NCBI GenBank assembly: GCA_021775355.1
Contig: JAJFHZ010000025.1
Location: 6,698 to 70,697 of the forward strand
Direction of reading: 5' to 3'
Length of the DNA stretch: 64,000 nucleotides
Source: Amylibacter sp.
GTDB taxonomy: Bacteria; Pseudomonadota; Alphaproteobacteria; Rhodobacterales; Rhodobacteraceae
Shown here: positions 37,797 to 48,122 of the stretch, in pieces
Layout: every line of letters begins with the position of its first letter
Position numbering within the stretch: the stretch's first letter is position 1
Notes under the pieces: generated by a model
Seen by the model: only the letters and a program-made list of their open reading frames with translations
The model's database searches: none
What the model was told of the DNA's origin: nothing
Program-made: the position numbers and the translations under genes

Positions 37797-37881
37797 TGGT
37801 ACCCGCGGCCGGACTCGAACCGGCACGGCCTAAGGCCCAGAGATTTTAAGTCTCTTATGTCTACCATTCCATCACGCGGGC
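37797..37881 (-). tRNA. tRNA-Leu (anticodon TAA)
   Basis: The reverse complement reads GCCCGCG...AGAGA-CTTAAAA-TCTCT, with a long variable arm, T arm CCGG-TTCGAGT-CCGG, and encoded CCA. Confidence 0.9.
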
Positions 37882-38034
37882 ATGCCTGACTTCGGCGCAC
37901 ATTCGCTTTTTCAGGCCGGTTTGTAAACTCAGCAAATGCCGAATATGCAAAATTTTTATTGTACCAATTTTCGCCTATCCCGTTGCCAATATCAAATCGT
38001 GTGTCTACCACTTGGGTAAACAGAGATATGTGCA

Positions 38035-38997
38035 ATGCCCACCCCACACGACACCCCGTTAGACAGTATTAAGGACATTGGCCAACCGATTGAGGAACGC
38101 GACAACCTGCGCGGTATCCTTTGGATGCTGGTTTCGGTTGTCGTGGCAAGCATCATGACGATTGCCGTGCGGTTGGTTTCATTGGAAATGGGCAGCACAC
38201 AAGTGGTTCTATACCGTTCTGTCATTGCAATTGTTATGGTTGGTGCAGCCGTAATAATTGCGTCCCCTCTGCGCAGAAAACTGTCATTCACCAAGCCTTA
38301 TCAACATCTAATTCGCGGCGCACTGGTGGCTGTTGCGACCCATTTCGGGTTTTACACCATTGCCACGATCCCGCTGGCAACTGCTACGGTTCTGTTCTTT
38401 ACCGCCCCTATATTTGCCACCCTTTTAGCACTGTTCATTCACGGCGAAACGATAGGTATGCGCCGTATTCTGGCGATTGTTGCGGGCTTTATCGGCGCAC
38501 TTGTCGTCTTACGCCCAGGATTTGGCGATCCAAACCTTGGCATGTTGACCGCTATCGGCAGTTCGTTATGCTTTGCTAGTGCGTTGACTATGTCACGCAA
38601 TCTGGCACAGGCGGATGGCCCCTTAAGTACCTATTTTTCATCCATCGTGATCACAACACTGTTAACCATCCCGATTGTCGGCACGGATTTGACCGTTCCC
38701 CAATTAAGCATTTCATGGATTGCAATTATTCTGGTGGCCATCACCAGTATGGTACGCGGCATTGCCGATATTGAAGCTTACCGTCATGCCGAAGCGGGGA
38801 TATTGGCACCTGTTGCTTACCTGCGACTGGTGTTCATTGGCATCTCTGCTTATTTAATGTTTGGTGAAAGACCCGATTGGCAAACGCTTTTGGGGGCTGT
38901 CATCATCATCGGCTCTACACTTTATATTGCCCAGCGCGAGGCCGCTTTGAAGAAAAAAGCTAAAGCGCTTTCCGTGCGGCAAGGGCTGCCGTTATAG
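38035..38997 (+). CDS. DMT superfamily (EamA) transporter
   Basis: 320 aa, ten hydrophobic segments in two EamA-like halves. Confidence 0.8.
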   Translation: MPTPHDTPLDSIKDIGQPIEERDNLRGILWMLVSVVVASIMTIAVRLVSLEMGSTQVVLYRSVIAIVMVGAAVIIASPLRRKLSFTKPYQHLIRGALVAVATHFGFYTIATIPLATATVLFFTAPIFATLLALFIHGETIGMRRILAIVAGFIGALVVLRPGFGDPNLGMLTAIGSSLCFASALTMSRNLAQADGPLSTYFSSIVITTLLTIPIVGTDLTVPQLSISWIAIILVAITSMVRGIADIEAYRHAEAGILAPVAYLRLVFIGISAYLMFGERPDWQTLLGAVIIIGSTLYIAQREAALKKKAKALSVRQGLPL

Positions 38998-39559
38998 TGC
39001 CGTCATCCAGATAATCCAACTCGCCGCCGATTGGCACGCCTTGCGCAAGCAAGCTAAGTTCAACATCCATGTCTTCCAGCTGATCTGCTATATAATGCGC
39101 CGTGGTTTGGCCATCGACAGTGGCATTCAGGGCCAGCACAACCTCTTGCACACCTTCATTTTTGACCCGCTCAATAAGCAGTGGAATGCGCAGTTCTTCC
39201 GGCCCGACACCATCAAGTGCCGACAGTGAACCGCCCAAAACATGATAGCGCCCCTTGAAAGCAGACGCACGTTCCATCGCCCACAGATCAGCCACATCTT
39301 CAACCACGCAAATTTGCCCATTCTGGCGTTTGCCATTGGTGCAAATCTCACACAGATCATTGGTGCCGATATTACCGCACAGTGTACATTCTCGGGCGGT
39401 TTGGGCCACATTGAACAGCGCGTCCGCCAAGGGATTTAGCAAGATGGATCGTTTCTTGATCAGATGCAAAACCGCACGGCGCGCAGACCGCGGCCCCAGC
39501 CCCGGCAACTTCGCCATTAGCGCAATCAGATTGTCTATATCGGTGTTTTTACTGCTCAC
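38960..39559 (-). CDS. recR: Recombination protein RecR
   Basis: [16 protein letters not shown]hH, a C4 finger CTLCGNI...CEIC, and a Toprim domain. Confidence 0.95.
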   Translation of the reverse strand: MSSKNTDIDNLIALMAKLPGLGPRSARRAVLHLIKKRSILLNPLADALFNVAQTARECTLCGNIGTNDLCEICTNGKRQNGQICVVEDVADLWAMERASAFKGRYHVLGGSLSALDGVGPEELRIPLLIERVKNEGVQEVVLALNATVDGQTTAHYIADQLEDMDVELSLLAQGVPIGGELDYLDDGTITAALAARKAL

Positions 39560-39567
39560 AAGTGCCC

Positions 39568-39912
39568 CTAAAATGGCAATTCCATACCCGCAGGCAGGTT
39601 CAAACCTTCGGTCACTTTCGCCATTTCTTCTTTGGCAGCAACAGCCGCTTTATCTTGTGCGTCCTTGATTGCGGCTATGATCAGGTCTTCGACAACCTCT
39701 TTTTCACTTGGCACAAGGATAGAAGGGTCAATATCAAGCCCCCGCAATGTGCCCTTGGCGGTAACAGTTGCGCGGACCAGTCCGGCGCCAGCATCGCCCG
39801 AAACCTCAGTCTCTTCCAGTTTCGCCTGCGCATCGGCCATTTTGCCCTGCATTTCCTGCGCTTGTTTCATCAGCTTTGCCATATCGCCCAACTGACCAAT
39901 TCCTTTTAGCAT
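39568..39912 (-). CDS. ybaB: YbaB/EbfC nucleoid-associated protein
   Basis: [24 protein letters not shown]... Confidence 0.93.
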   Translation of the reverse strand: MLKGIGQLGDMAKLMKQAQEMQGKMADAQAKLEETEVSGDAGAGLVRATVTAKGTLRGLDIDPSILVPSEKEVVEDLIIAAIKDAQDKAAVAAKEEMAKVTEGLNLPAGMELPF

Positions 39913-39933
39913 TTCGCGTTCCTTTTAAACTGC

Positions 39934-41703
39934 TTAATCATCTTCAAACGGGTCCCAATCGTCCGCTTCTTCTTCCAGATATTGTACCGAGGCATCACTA
40001 TCCGCGTCCAATTCCGCAAGGGTTTTCACATCCCTTATTTCAGCCCCCGGAAAGGCCAGCAATACCGATTGTACCATCGCATGTTGCATCGCTTGGCCCT
40101 GCAAATCATCACGGTGGGCTGCACGTTCTTCGGCAATAGTGGCACCTCCACCGTCGGAAACGACCGTGACCCCCCATCGCACACCTGTCCAGCTTTGCAA
40201 GCGGTTTGCAAGCCGAGTGGTGAAATCGCGTGGCGCATCTTCGGTAAGCTGAAACTCGATACGACCGGGTGCGTATTTTACCAGTCGCAGGAAGTTTTCC
40301 ACCTCGACTAGCAACTTCACATCACGACGTGACTTGATCAGGTCAATCACATGGTTGAACACTGTAAATCGCGCCAAGGCCGTTTCAGATTGTTCTTGTG
40401 CTTGGATTGCCTGCCCACCACCTGCAATCATTGCGGTTGGACCGGATGATAACGTACCTGCAACAGGCACGGATGCCGTGGCTTGTGTGCCATTTCCGGT
40501 GGGCGCCACACCGCCACCACCTGTAGGCGGCGCGGGCGGCATATCTTGCAATTTGCGCACCAATTCTTCTGGGCTGGGCAGTTCAGCCACATGGGTCAGA
40601 CGGATGATCGCCATTTCGGCGGCCATCATCGCATTGGGGGCAGCCCCCACCTCTTCCAGCGCTTTCAACAACATCTGCCACATACGGGTCAAAGCCCGCA
40701 TCGGCAGATCGCTTGCCGCCTGTTTGCCGCGTTCCCGTTCATCGGGGGAAACGGTTGGGTCGTCTGCCGCATCCGGCGACAGTTTTATCACGGATACCCA
40801 ATGGGTAATCTCAGCCATATCACGCAGCACGGCCATCGGGTCTGCCCCTTCGGCATATTGAGATGAGAGTTCGTTTAGCGCACCTGCGGCATCGCCCTTC
40901 ATAATCAGATCGAACAGATCCAATACCCGCCCCCGATCAGCAAGGCCCAGCATTGCACGCACCTGATCGACGGTGGTTTCGCCCGCACCGTGCGCGATAG
41001 CCTGATCCAGCAAAGACAGCGCATCGCGCACCGACCCTTCGGCCGCACGCGTGATCAGGGCAAGCGCATCTTCGGCCACATCCGCCTTTTCCAGCCCTGC
41101 GATTTTCTGCAAATGCGCCATCATCACCTCTGGCTCGATACGGCGCAAATCAAAGCGTTGACAGCGCGATAGAACCGTAACCGGGATTTTGCGAATTTCC
41201 GTGGTGGCAAAGATGAATTTGACATGTTCCGGTGGCTCTTCCAGCGTTTTCAACAACGCGTTGAACGCGCTTGTCGACAGCATATGAACCTCGTCGATAA
41301 TATAAATCTTGTAGCGGGCAGAGGCCGCACGGTAGTGCACACTGTCTATCAGTTCACGAATGTCGCCCACACCCGTGCGCGAAGCCGCATCCATTTCCAT
41401 CACGTCAACATGGCGGCCATCCGCAATGCTGATACAGTTTTCACAAACCCCGCAAGGTTCAATCGTCGGTCCGCCGGTCCCGTCGGCCCCAACACAATTC
41501 ATCCCCTTGGCAATAATTCGCGCCGTTGTGGTTTTACCTACACCGCGCACACCTGTCATTACAAAGGCATGGGCTATGCGGTCCGCCTCAAACGCGTTTT
41601 TCAGGGTTTGCACCATCGCATCCTGACCGATCAGATCCTTAAAGGTTGCCGGGCGATATTTACGCGCCAGCACCTGATAGGCGGTATCGGTTTTCTCGGA
41701 CAT
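39934..41703 (-). CDS. dnaX: DNA polymerase III subunits gamma/tau
   Basis: YRPATFKDLIGQD, GVRGVGKTTTARI, and a zinc module CGVCENC. Confidence 0.95.
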   Translation of the reverse strand: MSEKTDTAYQVLARKYRPATFKDLIGQDAMVQTLKNAFEADRIAHAFVMTGVRGVGKTTTARIIAKGMNCVGADGTGGPTIEPCGVCENCISIADGRHVDVMEMDAASRTGVGDIRELIDSVHYRAASARYKIYIIDEVHMLSTSAFNALLKTLEEPPEHVKFIFATTEIRKIPVTVLSRCQRFDLRRIEPEVMMAHLQKIAGLEKADVAEDALALITRAAEGSVRDALSLLDQAIAHGAGETTVDQVRAMLGLADRGRVLDLFDLIMKGDAAGALNELSSQYAEGADPMAVLRDMAEITHWVSVIKLSPDAADDPTVSPDERERGKQAASDLPMRALTRMWQMLLKALEEVGAAPNAMMAAEMAIIRLTHVAELPSPEELVRKLQDMPPAPPTGGGGVAPTGNGTQATASVPVAGTLSSGPTAMIAGGGQAIQAQEQSETALARFTVFNHVIDLIKSRRDVKLLVEVENFLRLVKYAPGRIEFQLTEDAPRDFTTRLANRLQSWTGVRWGVTVVSDGGGATIAEERAAHRDDLQGQAMQHAMVQSVLLAFPGAEIRDVKTLAELDADSDASVQYLEEEADDWDPFEDD

Positions 41704-41784
41704 TGTGGGTTCTGCTCCTTGATCGAAACGACACTACCCATGATAGATACAAATTGCCAGTTCTACATCCGCAGTTTTTTGGAA

Positions 41785-41886
41785 AAGTGAGAGGCTGGAC
41801 AGCGACCCAAACGGGGCTCGTTGCGGCTGCTTCCTTCCGGACCTGACCGGGTTGGCGAGGCGTTCACCCGCGCCAACCTCTCACCT
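41785..41886 (-). ncRNA. ffs: Signal recognition particle RNA (4.5S type)
   Basis: The minus strand contains CCGGTCAGGTCCGGAAGGAAGCAGCC. The helix is closed by GTGAGAGG...CCTCTCAC. Canonical position upstream of dnaX. Ends are approximate. Confidence 0.85.
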
Positions 41887-41965
41887 TTCTATTTACAGGC
41901 TTCTCATCCCCGCTTCAAGATGTTCTAAGATAAAAAATACATATGATAAAACAGGGTTAAAACTT

Positions 41966-42919
41966 ATGCGAAACGCCGAAAACGTCACATTTGGGGCTGC
42001 TACCCTTGATCGGGCTGCCAATTTGCGCGCATCTGCCCCCAAATTGGCCAAAGACCCGTCTGCCACAACCATAGTGCTTTGGCGTGGCAAACCACTTGTA
42101 GACACAAAAACCACCAAAATTACGCGCGTTTCACTGGACCACCCGATTCTAAAGAATGCTGACACACAAATTTTTCTGGGAATAAGTGCAAATGCACCCA
42201 TTTTTGCATTCGATATTTCCAATTGGGAACCCGACCCGGAACAACAAGCCGATGAAGCGTCATTCTTTGACCAAACGCTGCAACACCACCCCAAAGCCCC
42301 CAAGGGCAGCGCATTTCAGGAAACCCGTGCAATAATGTCGCTGTTATCACGCGATGACGCCGAGCTGGCAGCAGCGGCCAAAGGTGTTTTCGGTTGGCAT
42401 CTTAGCCACCCGTTTTGCGCCAAATGCGGAGCAGCAACCGAAATGGCGGATGCAGGCTGGCAACGCAACTGCCCGACATGCGGCACCCCGCATTTTCCCC
42501 GCACCGACCCTGTGGTCATTATGTTGATTACGCATGGTAACAAAGTTCTATTGGGCCGCTCGCCCGCATGGCCCGATAAAATGTATTCGTTATTGGCTGG
42601 CTTTATGGAACCCGGCGAAACGGTCGAGGCTGCCGTGCGCCGCGAAGTGTTTGAAGAAAGTGGCATCACTGTGGGAAAAGTCGGCTACATGACCAGCCAA
42701 CCGTGGCCTTTCCCATCATCGCTGATGATCGGGTGTTACGGCACGGCCACATCCACAGCGATAGATCTGGACGAAAACGAACTGGAAGATGCGTTATGGG
42801 TATCCAAAGAAGAAATCATCGATGTGCTTTGCGGTAACAATGACAATCTTCTTCCATCACGAAAAGGTTCGATTGCACAGTTTTTGATAGAAAACTGGAT
42901 AAAAGACAGTATAGCGTAG
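41966..42919 (+). CDS. nudC: NAD+ diphosphatase (NADH pyrophosphatase)
   Basis: Zinc ribbon CAKCGA...CPTCG. Nudix box LAGFMEPGETVEAAVRREVFEESGI, then SQPWPFPSSLM. The track N-terminal extension overlaps ffs and is rejected. Confidence 0.9.
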   Translation: MRNAENVTFGAATLDRAANLRASAPKLAKDPSATTIVLWRGKPLVDTKTTKITRVSLDHPILKNADTQIFLGISANAPIFAFDISNWEPDPEQQADEASFFDQTLQHHPKAPKGSAFQETRAIMSLLSRDDAELAAAAKGVFGWHLSHPFCAKCGAATEMADAGWQRNCPTCGTPHFPRTDPVVIMLITHGNKVLLGRSPAWPDKMYSLLAGFMEPGETVEAAVRREVFEESGITVGKVGYMTSQPWPFPSSLMIGCYGTATSTAIDLDENELEDALWVSKEEIIDVLCGNNDNLLPSRKGSIAQFLIENWIKDSIA

Positions 42920-42945
42920 CTAAAACAAATCAAAACAGGCAACAA

Positions 42946-43407
42946 ATGATCTTCGTAAGCAAGCAAAATATCAATGCGCCAGCAGCCCATGTTTTTCAAC
43001 AGCTGACCGATTTCGAATTTTACGAGTCCTACGCGATGCGTGTCGGGGCGCAGGTGGAACGCATGGATACGTTTGCTAATCTGCAGCCCGGAATGTGTTG
43101 GAACATCTCAGGGCATTTTCGCGGCAAAGACCGTAATCTGGAACTGACGCTGGACAGCTATTATCCAACCGATGCACTATCATATATCTGCACGACAAAA
43201 TCTCTTAATGCTGCGATCAACTTTGACGTTATTCCCCTAAGTCACACCGAAACCCGTTTAAAGGTTACAGTCGATATTCAGGCCAAAGGGCTGTCTGCAC
43301 GTGTTGCCTTGCAATCTGCAAAGCTTGCCAAGAAAACACTTGATCGAAAGTTCAATGCACGGATGCACGATTTTGCCAATAACATCGGCGAAAAATATCG
43401 CGGGTAA
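42946..43407 (+). CDS. SRPBCC (START/polyketide-cyclase-like) family protein
   Basis: 153 aa with an N-terminus of the type ...INAPAAHVFQQLTDFEFYE. Confidence 0.55.
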   Translation: MIFVSKQNINAPAAHVFQQLTDFEFYESYAMRVGAQVERMDTFANLQPGMCWNISGHFRGKDRNLELTLDSYYPTDALSYICTTKSLNAAINFDVIPLSHTETRLKVTVDIQAKGLSARVALQSAKLAKKTLDRKFNARMHDFANNIGEKYRG

Positions 43408-43641
43408 TATAACATATTCTCGTATCGCCCATTTCAAACCGTACAATACACGCCGTATTTTTATGCCAGTTTGTAATGAAAACCCATCACAAATAATCGA
43501 AAAAGCAAGCGCCTTGGTCAAATTGTGGCCACAATTCTCGCCAAAATGTAGACATAATGCTAAAATACAACTTAAAGAAGATGCGGTAATATTGCCCGAC
43601 CAGAGGCATTTCGTTCTACAGGTTGATAAGAGGGCAGAAAA

Positions 43642-44643
43642 ATGAAAATACTAGCAGTAGATGACGACGTAATTGGACTAGAAATCGTAGCGAAGACCCT
43701 TAAGGCAGTTGGCTATAATGATCTGACTGTCGTAAGTTCAGGCGCCGAAGCACTGGAACAAATCGACTTGTCGCCGCAGCCCTTTGATTGCTTTCTTCTG
43801 GACATACAAATGCCCGAAATGGACGGGATTGAGCTGTGTACAAAAATTCGTCAATTTGACGAATACAAATCATCACCGATCCTGATGATTACTGCCATGA
43901 CCGAGCGCAAGCATATTGAAGGTGCATTCATTGCCGGCGCAAACGACTATATAAACAAACCGTTTGACCCCTTGGAATTGACTGTGCGTGTTCGGTTGGC
44001 TGAAAAACTGGTTAACAGCCAAAAGGCTTCTGCTAGCAAGGAACTGTTGGTAGACTCTATGAACACCGACATAGACAACATACTGCAGTTTACAGTCCGC
44101 GAAACAATCGAGATCAAGAACGTGCCGAGTATGGTTGAAAAACTGGCTCTGGAAAATTATCTTTTACAGCTCTCACATAAAAAAACCTTACAAACCAAAA
44201 TTGCGGCTTTCGCCATTAAGGATTTCGAAAAAATATTTGAACGCACTTCACCATCAAGCATGTATTGCTTATTGTCCGATGTCGCCGATGCAATCGCAAA
44301 AAACATCGATATAATCAATTATTTGATGTCATATTGTGGTTCAGGTATATTCACATGCGTAACAACATCAGATGATAATGAATATCCTGTCGATCTGGAA
44401 CAATCCATCCAATCAACCCTTGATGAGATGAAGACATCATATAATGATGATGCTTTCTGTGATGTTACATTGCTTTTGGGTTTTCCATCGAAATCAACAT
44501 CATTATGGTCGTCCGGCCCTTCCCTGGAACCAATGCATTCTGCCCTTGAAGCAGTGGACAACATACGTTCCCGGTTAGCGCGGAAAGAACAGAATAAAGT
44601 ATCTTATGACCTGCTGAAATATAACCGACAGGCAGCCGGTTAA
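43642..44643 (+). CDS. Response regulator: REC domain plus a degenerate GGDEF-like domain
   Basis: MKILAVDDD...LLDIQMPEMDG...KPF receiver. In the C-terminal domain, SYCGSGIFTCV occupies the place of RYGGDEFAVL. Confidence 0.75.
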   Translation: MKILAVDDDVIGLEIVAKTLKAVGYNDLTVVSSGAEALEQIDLSPQPFDCFLLDIQMPEMDGIELCTKIRQFDEYKSSPILMITAMTERKHIEGAFIAGANDYINKPFDPLELTVRVRLAEKLVNSQKASASKELLVDSMNTDIDNILQFTVRETIEIKNVPSMVEKLALENYLLQLSHKKTLQTKIAAFAIKDFEKIFERTSPSSMYCLLSDVADAIAKNIDIINYLMSYCGSGIFTCVTTSDDNEYPVDLEQSIQSTLDEMKTSYNDDAFCDVTLLLGFPSKSTSLWSSGPSLEPMHSALEAVDNIRSRLARKEQNKVSYDLLKYNRQAAG

Positions 44644-45488
44644 GCCGTCTGCCTGAATACATCCGTTTTATAAACGCCCAGTATATCCAGATTATCGGTA
44701 AAATATTCCAACTCTTCCAGTGCGCGTTTAAGGGCGGGGTCTTCTGGATGTCCAATAACATCCGCATAAAATTGCGTTGCAGTGAACGACCCTTCGATCA
44801 TATAGCTTTCCAGCTTGACCATATTCACCCCATTGGTGGCAAACCCACCCATTGCTTTATATAAAGCCGCCGGAATGTTGCGCACACGAAACACGAATGT
44901 GGTTATAAATTCGTCATTACCATTATCGGGGAAGTTTTGTTCAGGCGACATCACCAAAAACCGGGTGGTGTTGTGGTGATTGTCTTCAATGTGATACGCC
45001 AACACTTCTAACCCGTAAATATCTGCGGCCATTTCGGACGCAAGGGCCCCCATGTCAGTTGTGCCAGACGCTGCGACCGCTTGTGCAGAGCCCGCAGTAT
45101 CTGCCCCTGTGATGGGTGCGATATCATGATCTTTCAGGAACTTGCGGCATTGGCCTAGTAAAACAGTATGGCTCATCGCGGTTTTGATTTCGTCCAGCTT
45201 CACACCTTTTTTGGCCATCAAATTGATATGTACACGTACAAAATGCTCACCCACAATATGTAAACCCGACTCCGGCAACAGGCTATGGATATCGGCAACC
45301 CGCCCATAAGTGGAATTTTCAACGGGCAACATCGCGATATCGGCCTTGCCGTTTCTGACCGCAGCGATCACCGCTTCAAAGGTATTACATGCGATTGCTT
45401 TGGCGTCAGGAAAGGCTTCCCGACACGCCTGATGCGAATAGGCCCCCAGAACTCCTTGGAATGCGACGGTAGTTGGTGATGTGTTCAT
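44640..45488 (-). CDS. pheA: Prephenate dehydratase
   Basis: VAFQGVLGAYSHQA, TRFLV, and a C-terminal ACT domain. Confidence 0.92.
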   Translation of the reverse strand: MNTSPTTVAFQGVLGAYSHQACREAFPDAKAIACNTFEAVIAAVRNGKADIAMLPVENSTYGRVADIHSLLPESGLHIVGEHFVRVHINLMAKKGVKLDEIKTAMSHTVLLGQCRKFLKDHDIAPITGADTAGSAQAVAASGTTDMGALASEMAADIYGLEVLAYHIEDNHHNTTRFLVMSPEQNFPDNGNDEFITTFVFRVRNIPAALYKAMGGFATNGVNMVKLESYMIEGSFTATQFYADVIGHPEDPALKRALEELEYFTDNLDILGVYKTDVFRQTA

Positions 45489-45614
45489 TTTTCTGATTTC
45501 CTGTCAGTGTGAGCATTTCGTGCGATTCTACACCTTGATTGCGATCATGGGAAGGCTTAGAAGGTCTGCAATGAATCGCGTTATATGACGCCCTGCAATG
45601 AAGGTGAACAAGCC

Positions 45615-46130
45615 ATGGATACAATGAAGCTAACAAAAATAGTCGGCGGCGTCTGTGGCGCGCTTTTGGTATACCTGCTGATCAACTGGGGTGCGGAAAG
45701 CATGTACCACATGGGTGGCGGCCACGCAGAAGGTGAACATAAAGCCGGTTACGAGATCGAAGTTGCCGAAGCTTCATCCACCGAAACAGCTGAAGAAGGC
45801 CCTTCATTCGAAGATATGATGGCCTCTGCCGATGCGGAGAAAGGCAAAAAAGTTTTCTCCAAGTGTAAAGCTTGCCATAAAACAGACGATGGCGTGAACA
45901 GCACCGGCCCGTATTTGTTCGATGTCGTTGACCGCGAAATCGGCAAAATTGCAGGGTACAAATATTCCGCGGGTATGGCCGGTATTGGCGGCAACTGGGA
46001 TGCGGCAACCTTGGACACATTTCTGAAGAAACCGAAAGATATGATTGCGGATACAAAAATGAGCTTTTCCGGTCTGAAAAAAGCCACCGATCGTGTAAAC
46101 TTGATCGCTTACTTGCAAACCATCAAGTAA
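45615..46130 (+). CDS. Membrane-anchored c-type cytochrome (CycM-like)
   Basis: N-terminal TM helix, heme motif CKACH, distal Met region. Confidence 0.85.
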   Translation: MDTMKLTKIVGGVCGALLVYLLINWGAESMYHMGGGHAEGEHKAGYEIEVAEASSTETAEEGPSFEDMMASADAEKGKKVFSKCKACHKTDDGVNSTGPYLFDVVDREIGKIAGYKYSAGMAGIGGNWDAATLDTFLKKPKDMIADTKMSFSGLKKATDRVNLIAYLQTIK

Positions 46131-46154
46131 CGCATCTTTACTAAATTTCTAAAA

Positions 46155-46181
46155 GGCCGCTCATTTCGGGCGGCTTTTTTG
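46155..46181 (+). terminator. Rho-independent terminator
   Basis: GGCCGCTC-ATTTC-GGGCGGCT stem-loop followed by TTTTTT. Confidence 0.7.
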
Positions 46182-46277
46182 TTTGAAATGCTTCAATTCG
46201 CTCACACAATCGCGTATTGCGGTTTACCCCAAGCTTGTTTTAGCTGAATATCAGTGAAAACAATCAGGGTAAAAAAC

Positions 46278-48119
46278 ATGCAAAGATCCGTGAAACTGAT
46301 CCTTATCCTTTTCAGCGCACTGTGGTTGGCCCATACCAGTGCAACAGCACAGGAAAAAATCATCAAATCACACGGCATTTCTACCTTTGGCGACCTGAAG
46401 TATGGCGCGGATTTCAAACATTTCGATTATGTGAACCCTGACGCCCCTAAAGGCGGAGAGTTTTCAACCGCCGGTTTCGGGACGTTCGACAGCATGTCAC
46501 CCTATATCCTGAAAGGGCAAGCGGCCGCCCTTTCAAGTGTTTTCTTTGAAAGCTTGATGTCCGGCAGCGCAGATGAACCTGACAGCATGTACGGCCTGTT
46601 GGCGGAAACCATTGAATATCCCGAAAACCGCCAATGGGTGATTTTCAATATGCGCCCTGAAGCGCGGTTTTCAGACGGTACCGAAATAACCGCCAAGGAT
46701 GTAGTTTTTTCATTCAACATTTTATATGAAAAGGGCCGCCCGGTCTTCAAATCATTATTACGCGATGTGAAATCGGTAGAGGCACTGGATGCTAAATCTG
46801 TAAAGTTCACGTTCAAAGAAGGTGCCAATACCCGCGAACTGCCGTCCCTTGTTGCCGGCTTGCCCATATTTTCAAAAGCCTATTATGCAACGCGAGATTT
46901 CGCCACAAGCACGCTGGAGCCGCCCCTTGGGTCAGGCCAGTACGTTTTGGATAAGGTCGTTCCGGGCAAAACCGTATCTTATATCAGGCGTGATGATTAC
47001 TGGGGTAAAGACTTACCTATCAACATCGGGCACAACAATTTTGACCGCCTGACGATAGAATATTACACCGATACCACCGCCGCTTTTGAGGGCTTCAAGG
47101 GCGGCGTTTACAACTTTCGCGCCGAGAATTATTCAAAGCTTTGGGCCACCGCCTATAATTTTCCGTCACTGGAAAAGGGCTGGGTCGTGAAAACCACATT
47201 GCCCGATGGAAATCCATCCGGCACCCAAGGCTATTGGATAAACACACGCAAAGAACAATTCCAAGATATTCGCGTACGCGAAGCCATTGGGTTAATGTTC
47301 AATTTTGAGTGGTCGAACAAAACGCTTTTTTATGACCAGTATACCCGCACGACCAGTTTTTGGGGAAATTCGCCCATGCAGGCTGAAGGTCTGCCAAGTG
47401 CCGCCGAATTAAGTTTGCTGGAACCGTTAAAAGAACATTTACCGGCATCGGTTTTCACGGATGAAGTGTTCAACCCCAATACATCAAAACCCAAACAACT
47501 TGACCGTTCCGCTTTGCGCAAAGCAGGCAAACTGCTGGATGCGGCTGGCTGGAAAATCGTCAACGGTAAACGCACCAATGCCAAGGGCGCGGTTTTATCG
47601 ATCAAGTTTCTGAACGACAGCCCTGCGTTTGAGCGCATCACGAACCCTTATATCGCCAACCTAAAACGGCTAGGCATCGATGCCAGGCTGGAAACCGTTG
47701 ATACGGCACAAGCTACCGAGCGGCAGAAATCTTTTGATTATGATATCGTCATTCAACGTTTCGTTATGCAAAAAACCCCCGGCATTGAACTACGCGGTAT
47801 GTTCAACAGTATATCCGCCACAACGCATGGGTCAAACAATCTAAGCGGTTTGAACAACCCTGCAATTGATGCGCTGATAGAAAGAGTTGAGCAGGCAAAA
47901 AGCCGCGATGAATTGAATACCGCGGTACGCGCTTTGGATCGCAGTTTGCGCGCTTTGCATATCTGGGTGCCGCAATGGTTCAATGCCGCCTATCGGGTGG
48001 CCTATCTGGATGTCTTTGAACACCCCGAAAATATGCCACCCTATGCACTGGGCGAAATGGATTTCTGGTGGTACAACGCCGACAAAGCAAAGAAACTACA
48101 GGCCGAGGGCGCATTCTAA
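46278..48119 (+). CDS. yejA: ABC transporter substrate-binding protein, family 5 (YejA-like)
   Basis: About 610 aa with a signal peptide. First gene of the yejABEF-type operon. Confidence 0.85.
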   Translation: MQRSVKLILILFSALWLAHTSATAQEKIIKSHGISTFGDLKYGADFKHFDYVNPDAPKGGEFSTAGFGTFDSMSPYILKGQAAALSSVFFESLMSGSADEPDSMYGLLAETIEYPENRQWVIFNMRPEARFSDGTEITAKDVVFSFNILYEKGRPVFKSLLRDVKSVEALDAKSVKFTFKEGANTRELPSLVAGLPIFSKAYYATRDFATSTLEPPLGSGQYVLDKVVPGKTVSYIRRDDYWGKDLPINIGHNNFDRLTIEYYTDTTAAFEGFKGGVYNFRAENYSKLWATAYNFPSLEKGWVVKTTLPDGNPSGTQGYWINTRKEQFQDIRVREAIGLMFNFEWSNKTLFYDQYTRTTSFWGNSPMQAEGLPSAAELSLLEPLKEHLPASVFTDEVFNPNTSKPKQLDRSALRKAGKLLDAAGWKIVNGKRTNAKGAVLSIKFLNDSPAFERITNPYIANLKRLGIDARLETVDTAQATERQKSFDYDIVIQRFVMQKTPGIELRGMFNSISATTHGSNNLSGLNNPAIDALIERVEQAKSRDELNTAVRALDRSLRALHIWVPQWFNAAYRVAYLDVFEHPENMPPYALGEMDFWWYNADKAKKLQAEGAF

Positions 48120-48122
48120 AAT

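Noticed and set aside
37409-38047. 212-aa minus-strand ORF
   Set aside because: It overlaps the cupredoxin gene and reads straight through tRNA-Leu(TAA). It has no family resemblance.
41852-41965. N-terminal 38-codon extension of the nudC ORF
   Set aside because: The extension overlaps the SRP RNA gene on the opposite strand. The internal Met at 41966 gives a normal-length NudC.
13596-45488. Convergent gene pairs overlapping at their 3' ends: terB-like/lrp at 14015-14018, RR/pheA at 44640-44643, DMT/recR at 38960-38997
   Set aside because: This is common in compact genomes. Nothing suggests a regulatory or mobile feature.
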